The position numbers and the translations under genes are program-made. The notes beneath the pieces were generated by a model. It searched no databases, had not been told where the DNA came from, and saw only the letters and a list, made by a program, of their open reading frames with translations. Shown one piece after another: positions 56,340-64,000 of a DNA stretch of 64,000 bases (the first letter of the stretch is position 1; each line of letters begins with the position of its first letter). Source of the stretch: Auanema rhodensis (taxonomy: Eukaryota; Animalia; Nematoda); the NCBI GenBank assembly GCA_964057225.1, contig OZ059894.1, positions 496,001 through 560,000 on the forward strand, in the 5' to 3' direction.

Positions 56340-59330
56340 TTTTAGACTAATATGGACATGGGGAATCTAATTTTGAAAACCGCATCTCTTTATCTTTCAC
56401 GTGAAGCGAGTTACATACCAAGTGCACATCACGTGTACATTTAATTAGCATAAATTAAAGTTCACGTAAATTTCAAAGTCATGGTTACCATGAACCAATA
56501 TCAATAAAAATTTGTTTTTAGACTAATATGGACATGGGGAATCTAATTTTGAAAACCGCATCTCTTTATCTTTCACGTGAAGCGAGTTACATACCAAGTG
56601 CACATCACGTGTACATTTAATTAGCATAAATTAAAGTTCACGTAAATTTCAAAGTCATGGTTACCATGCACCAATATCAATAAAACTTTGTTTTTAGACT
56701 AATATGTACATGGGGAATCTAATTTTGAAAACCGCATCTCTTTATCTTTCACGTGAAGCAAGTTACATACCAAGTGCACATCACGTGTACATTTAATTAG
56801 CATAAATTAAAGTTCACGTAAATTTCAAAGTCATGGTTACCATGCACCAATATCAATAAAAATTTGTTTTTAGACTAATATGGACATGGGGAATCTAATT
56901 TTGAAAACCGCATCTCTTTATCTTTCACGTGAAGCGAGTTACATACCAAGTGCACATCACGTGTACATTTAATTAGCATAAATTAAAGTTCACGTAAATT
57001 TCAAAGTCATGGTTACCATGAACCAATATCAATAAAAATTTGTTTTTAGACTAATATGGACATGGGGAATCTAATTTTGAAAACCGCATCTCTTTATCTT
57101 TCACGTGAAGCGAGTTACATACCAAGTGCACATCACGTGTACATTTAATTAGCATAAATTAAAGTTCACGTAAATTTCAAAGTCATGGTTACCATGCACC
57201 AATATCAATAAAACTTTGTTTTTAGACTAATATGGACATGGGGAATCTAATTTTGAAAACCGCATCTCTTTATCTTTCACGTGAAGCGAGTTACATACCA
57301 AGTGCACATCACGTGTACATTTAATTAGCATAAATTAAAGTTCACGTAAATTTCAAAGTCATGGTTACCATGCACCAATATCAATAAAAATTTGTTTTTA
57401 GACTAATATGGACATGGGGAATCTAATTTTGAAAACCGCATCTCTTTATCTTTCACGTGAAGCGAGTTACATACCAAGTGCACATCACGTGTACATTTAA
57501 TTAGCATAAATTAAAGTTCACGTAAATTTCAAAGTCATGGTTACCATGCACCAATATCAATAAAAATTTGTTTTTAGACTAATATGGACATGGGGAATCT
57601 AATTTTGAAAACCGCATCTCTTTATCTTTCACGTGAAGCTAGTTACATACCAAGTGCACATCACGTGTACATTTAATTAGCATAAATTAAAGTTCACGTA
57701 AATTTCAAAGTCATGGTTACCATGAACCAATATCAATAAAAATTTGTTTTTAGACTAATATGGACATGGGGAATCTAATTTTGAAAACCGCATCTCTTTA
57801 TCTTTCACGTGAAGCGAGTTACATACCAAGTGCACATCACGTGTACATTTAATTAGCATAAATTAAAGTTCACGTAAATTTCAAAGTCATGGTTACCATG
57901 AACCAATATCAATAAAAATTTGTTTTTAGACTAATATGGACATGGGGAATCTAATTTTGAAAACCGCATCTCTTTATCTTTCACGTGAAGCGAGTTACAT
58001 ACCAAGTGCACATCACGTGTACATTTAATTAGCATAAATTAAAGTTCACGTAAATTTCAAAGTCATGGTTACCATGCACCAATATCAATAAAACTTTGTT
58101 TTTAGACTAATATGTACATGGGGAATCTAATTTTGAAAACCGCATCTCTTTATCTTTCACGTGAAGCAAGTTACATACCAAGTGCACATCACGTGTACAT
58201 TTAATTAGCATAAATTAAAGTTCACGTAAATTTCAAAGTCATGGTTACCATGCACCAATATCAATAAAAATTTGTTTTTAGACTAATATGGACATGGGGA
58301 ATCTAATTTTGAAAACCGCATCTCTTTATCTTTCACGTGAAGCGAGTTACATACCAAGTGCACATCACGTGTACATTTAATTAGCATAAATTAAAGTTCA
58401 CGTAAATTTCAAAGTCATGGTTACCATGAACCAATATCAATAAAAATTTGTTTTTAGACTAATATGGACATGGGGAATCTAATTTTGAAAACCGCATCTC
58501 TTTATCTTTCACGTGAAGCGAGTTACATACCAAGTGCACATCACGTGTACATTTAATTAGCATAAATTAAAGTTCACGTAAATTTCAAAGTCATGGTTAC
58601 CATGCACCAATATCAATAAAACTTTGTTTTTAGACTAATATGGACATGGGGAATCTAATTTTGAAAACCGCATCTCTTTATCTTTCACGTGAAGCGAGTT
58701 ACATACCAAGTGCACATCACGTGTACATTTAATTAGCATAAATTAAAGTTCACGTAAATTTCAAAGTCATGGTTACCATGCACCAATATCAATAAAAATT
58801 TGTTTTTAGACTAATATGGACATGGGGAATCTAATTTTGAAAACCGCATCTCTTTATCTTTCACGTGAAGCGAGTTACATACCAAGTGCACATCACGTGT
58901 ACATTTAATTAGCATAAATTAAAGTTCACGTAAATTTCAAAGTCATGGTTACCATGCACCAATATCAATAAAAATTTGTTTTTAGACTAATATGGACATG
59001 GGGAATCTAATTTTGAAAACCGCATCTCTTTATCTTTCACGTGAAGCTAGTTACATACCAAGTGCACATCACGTGTACATTTAATTAGCATAAATTAAAG
59101 TTCACGTAAATTTCAAAGTCATGGTTACCATGAACCAATATCAATAAAAATTTGTTTTTAGACTAATATGGACATGGGGAATCTAATTTTGAAAACCGCA
59201 TCTCTTTATCTTTCACGTGAAGCGAGTTACATACCAAGTGCACATCACGTGTACATTTAATTAGCATAAATTAAAGTTCACGTAAATTTCAAAGTCATGG
59301 TTACCATGAACCAATATCAATAAAAATTTG
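56340..59330 (+). repeat. 8-monomer (1408-bp) tandem duplication
   Basis: tatgtac 56707/58115 and gctag 57640/59048 recur at +1408. Boundaries are approximate. Confidence 0.8.
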
Positions 59331-60559
59331 TTTTTAGACTAATATGGACATGGGGAATCTAATTTTGAAAACCGCATCTCTTTATCTTTCACGTGAAGCG
59401 AGCTACATACCAAGTGCACATCACGTGTACATTTAATTAGCATAAATTAAAGTTCACGTAAATTTCAAAGTCATGGTTACCATGCACCAATATCAATAAA
59501 AATTTGTTTTTAGACTAATATGGACATGGGGAATCTAATTTTGAAAACCGCATCTCTTTATCTTTCACGTGAAGCGAGTTACATACCAAGTGCACATCAC
59601 GTGTACATTTAATTAGCATAAATTAAAGTTCACGTAAATTTCAAAGTCATGGTTACCATGAACCAATATCAATAAAAATTTGTTTTTAGACTAATATGGA
59701 CATGGGGAATCTAATTTTGAAAACCGCATCTCTTTATCTTTCACGTGAAGCGAGTTACATACCAAGTGCACATCACGTGTACATTTAATTAGCATAAATT
59801 AAAGTTCACGTAAATTTCAAAGTCATGGTTACCATGCACCAATATCAATAAAACTTTGTTTTTAGACTAATATGGACATGGGGAATCTAATTTTGAAAAC
59901 CGCATCTCTTTATCTTTCACGTGAAGCGAGCTACATACCAAGTGCACATCACGTGTACATTTAATTAGCATAAATTAAAGTTCACGTAAATTTCAAAGTC
60001 ATGGTTACCATGAACCAATATCAATAAAAATTTGTTTTTAGACTAATATGGACATGGGGAATCTAATTTTGAAAACCGCATCTCTTTATCTTTCACGTGA
60101 AGCGAGCTACATACCAAGTGCACATCACGTGTATATTTAATTAGCATAAATTAAAGTTCACGTAATTTTCAAAGACATGGTTACCATGAACCAATATCAA
60201 TAAAAATTTGTTTTTAGACTAATATGGACATGGGGAATCTAATTTTGAAAACCGCATCTCTTTATCTTTCACGTGAAGCGAGCTACATACCAAGTGCACA
60301 TCACGTGTACATTTAATTAGCATAAATTAAAGTTCACGTAAATTTCAAAGTCATGGTTACCATGCACCAATATCAATAAAAATTTGTTTTTAGACTAATA
60401 TGGACATGGGGAATCTAATTTTGAAAACCGCATCTCTTTATCTTTCACGTGAAGCGAGTTACATACCAAGTGCACATCACGTGTACATTTAATTAGCATA
60501 AATTAAAGTTCACGTAAATTTCAAAGTCATGGTTACCATGAACCAATATCAATAAAAAT

Positions 60560-63500
60560 TTGTTTTTAGACTAATATGGACATGGGGAATCTAATTTTGA
60601 AAACCGCATCTCTTTATCTTTCACGTGAAGCGAGTTACATACCAAGTGCACATCACGTGTACATTTAATTAGCATAAATTAAAGTTCACGTAAATTTCAA
60701 AGTCATGGTTACCATGCACCAATATCAATAAAACTTTGTTTTTAGACTAATATGGACATGGGGAATCTAATTTTGAAAACCGCATCTCTTTATCTTTCAC
60801 GTGAAGCGAGCTACATACCAAGTGCACATCACGTGTACATTTAATTAGCATAAATTAAAGTTCACGTAAATTTCAAAGTCATGGTTACCATGAACCAATA
60901 TCAATAAAAATTTGTTTTTAGACTAATATGGACATGGGGAATCTAATTTTGAAAACCGCATCTCTTTATCTTTCACGTGAAGCGAGTTACATACCAAGTG
61001 CACATCACGTGTACATTTAATTAGCATAAATTAAAGTTCACGTAAATTTCAAAGTCATGGTTACCATGAACCAATATCAATAAAAATTTGTTTTTAGACT
61101 AATATGGACATGGGGAATCTAATTTTGAAAACCGCATCTCTTTATCTTTCACGTGAAGCGAGTTACATACCAAGTGCACATCACGTGTACATTTAATTAG
61201 CATAAATTAAAGTTCACGTAAATTTCAAAGTCATGGTTACCATGCACCAATATCAATAAAACTTTGTTTTTAGACTAATATGGACATGGGGAATCTAATT
61301 TTGAAAACCGCATCTCTTTATCTTTCACGTGAAGCAAGTTACATACCAAGTGCACATCACGTGTACATTTAATTAGCATAAATTAAAGTTCACGTAAATT
61401 TCAAAGTCATGGTTACCATGCACCAATATCAATAAAAATTTGTTTTTAGACTAATATGGACATGGGGAATCTAATTTTGAAAACCGCATCTCTTTATCTT
61501 TCACGTGAAGCGAGTTACATACCAAGTGCACATCACGTGTACATTTAATTAGCATAAATTAAAGTTCACGTAAATTTCAAAGTCATGGTTACCATGAACC
61601 AATATCAATAAAAATTTGTTTTTAGACTAATATGGACATGGGGAATCTAATTTTGAAAACCGCATCTCTTTATCTTTCACGTGAAGCGAGTTACATACCA
61701 AGTGCACATCACGTGTACATTTAATTAGCATAAATTAAAGTTCACGTAAATTTCAAAGTCATGGTTATCATGCACCAATATCAATAAAACTTTGTTTTTA
61801 GACTAATATGGACATGGGGAATCTAATTTTGAAAACCGCATCTCTTTATCTTTCACGTGAAGCGAGTTACATACCAAGTGCACATCACGTGTACATTTAA
61901 TTAGCATAAATTAAAGTTCACGTAAATTTCAAAGTCATGGTTACCATGCACCAATATCAATAAAAATTTGTTTTTAGACTAATATGGACATGGGGAATCT
62001 AATTTTGAAAACCGCATCTCTTTATCTTTCACGTGAAGCGAGTTACATACCAAGTGCACATCACGTGTACATTTAATTAGCATAAATTAAAGTTCACGTA
62101 AATTTCAAAGTCATGGTTACCATGCACCAATATCAATAAAAATTTGTTTTTAGACTAATATGGACATGGGGAATCTAATTTTGAAAACCGCATCTCTTTA
62201 TCTTTCACGTGAAGCTAGTTACATACCAAGTGCACATCACGTGTACATTTAATTAGCATAAATTAAAGTTCACGTAAATTTCAAAGTCATGGTTACCATG
62301 AACCAATATCAATAAAAATTTGTTTTTAGACTAATATGGACATGGGGAATCTAATTTTGAAAACCGCATCTCTTTATCTTTCACGTGAAGCGAGTTACAT
62401 ACCAAGTGCACATCACGTGTACATTTAATTAGCATAAATTAAAGTTCACGTAAATTTCAAAGTCATGGTTACCATGCACCAATATCAATAAAAATTTGTT
62501 TTTAGACTAATATGGACATGGGGAATCTAATTTTGAAAACCGCATCTCTTTATCTTTCACGTGAAGCGAGTTACATACCAAGTGCACATCACGTGTACAT
62601 TTAATTAGCATAAATTAAAGTTCACGTAAATTTCAAAGTCATGGTTACCATGCACCAATATCAATAAAACTTTGTTTTTAGACTAATATGGACATGGGGA
62701 ATCTAATTTTGAAAACCGCATCTCTTTATCTTTCACGTGAAGCGAGCTACATACCAAGTGCACATCACGTGTACATTTAATTAGCATAAATTAAAGTTCA
62801 CGTAAATTTCAAAGTCATGGTTACCATGAACCAATATCAATAAAAATTTGTTTTTAGACTAATATGGACATGGGGAATCTAATTTTGAAAACCGCATCTC
62901 TTTATCTTTCACGTGAAGCGAGTTACATACCAAGTGCACATCACGTGTACATTTAATTAGCATAAATTAAAGTTCACGTAAATTTCAAAGTCATGGTTAC
63001 CATGAACCAATATCAATAAAAATTTGTTTTTAGACTAATATGGACATGGGGAATCTAATTTTGAAAACCGCATCTCTTTATCTTTCACGTGAAGCGAGTT
63101 ACATACCAAGTGCACATCACGTGTACATTTAATTAGCATAAATTAAAGTTCACGTAAATTTCAAAGTCATGGTTACCATGCACCAATATCAATAAAACTT
63201 TGTTTTTAGACTAATATGGACATGGGGAATCTAATTTTGAAAACCGCATCTCTTTATCTTTCACGTGAAGCAAGTTACATACCAAGTGCACATCACGTGT
63301 ACATTTAATTAGCATAAATTAAAGTTCACGTAAATTTCAAAGTCATGGTTACCATGCACCAATATCAATAAAAATTTGTTTTTAGACTAATATGGACATG
63401 GGGAATCTAATTTTGAAAACCGCATCTCTTTATCTTTCACGTGAAGCGAGTTACATACCAAGTGCACATCACGTGTACATTTAATTAGCATAAATTAAAG

Positions 63501-64000
63501 TTCACGTAAATTTCAAAGTCATGGTTACCATGAACCAATATCAATAAAAATTTGTTTTTAGACTAATATGGACATGGGGAATCTAATTTTGAAAACCGCA
63601 TCTCTTTATCTTTCACGTGAAGCGAGTTACATACCAAGTGCACATCACGTGTACATTTAATTAGCATAAATTAAAGTTCACGTAAATTTCAAAGTCATGG
63701 TTATCATGCACCAATATCAATAAAACTTTGTTTTTAGACTAATATGGACATGGGGAATCTAATTTTGAAAACCGCATCTCTTTATCTTTCACGTGAAGCG
63801 AGTTACATACCAAGTGCACATCACGTGTACATTTAATTAGCATAAATTAAAGTTCACGTAAATTTCAAAGTCATGGTTACCATGCACCAATATCAATAAA
63901 AATTTGTTTTTAGACTAATATGGACATGGGGAATCTAATTTTGAAAACCGCATCTCTTTATCTTTCACGTGAAGCGAGTTACATACCAAGTGCACATCAC
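60560..64000 (+). repeat. 11-monomer (1936-bp) duplication running off the window end
   Basis: gctac 60811/62747, gcaag 61336/63272 and gttatca 61768/63704 recur at +1936. Confidence 0.82.

Larger units (their letters stand above)
1..64000. repeat. Tandem satellite DNA array, 176-bp monomer, ~362.5 copies, probably centromeric/pericentromeric
   Basis: tgtttttagactaat recurs at 1, 177, 353, 881 (=1+5x176) and onward. Register shifts occur only at 3682 (+1), 5971 (+1), 7131 (+95) and 11098 (+95). The last partial monomer starts at 63905. The array runs off both window ends. Centromeric function is inferred only. Confidence 0.99.

Noticed and set aside
1-64000. CRISPR array or other prokaryotic repeat-spacer system
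   Set aside because: There are no unique spacers; the entire 176 bp repeats. No cas genes or leader are present.
1-64000. Protein-coding repeat ORF
   Set aside because: 176 is not a multiple of 3 and both strands contain many stop codons (TAA/TAG/TGA), so any frame terminates within at most three monomers.
1-64000. Inversion or strand switch within the array
   Set aside because: All monomers read in the same orientation; I saw no reverse-complement monomer (tctaaaaaca).

Overview
The whole 64-kb window is one head-to-tail tandem satellite array of a 176-bp, AT-rich monomer (about 32% GC by hand count), with about 362.5 copies all in the same orientation. Most monomers differ from consensus at 0-3 sites. 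I find no genes, RNA genes, transposons or CRISPR array. The consensus is tgtttttagactaatatggacatggggaatctaattttgaaaaccgcatctctttatctttcacgtgaagcgagttacataccaagtgcacatcacgtgtacatttaattagcataaattaaagttcacgtaaatttcaaagtcatggttaccatg(a/c)accaatatcaataaaaatt. Monomer length, homogeneity and dyad content are typical of a eukaryotic centromeric or pericentromeric satellite; this is inference, and I could not assign the family or species. The structure of interest lies in the variants. There are nested local higher-order duplications (3 to 30 monomers apart) and regional variant domains that suggest layered expansion. Two 271-bp monomers carry an internal triplication. Each monomer has many palindromes and three phased CACGT motifs, and several variants perfect quasi-palindromes. 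All counts and coordinates were derived by eye.
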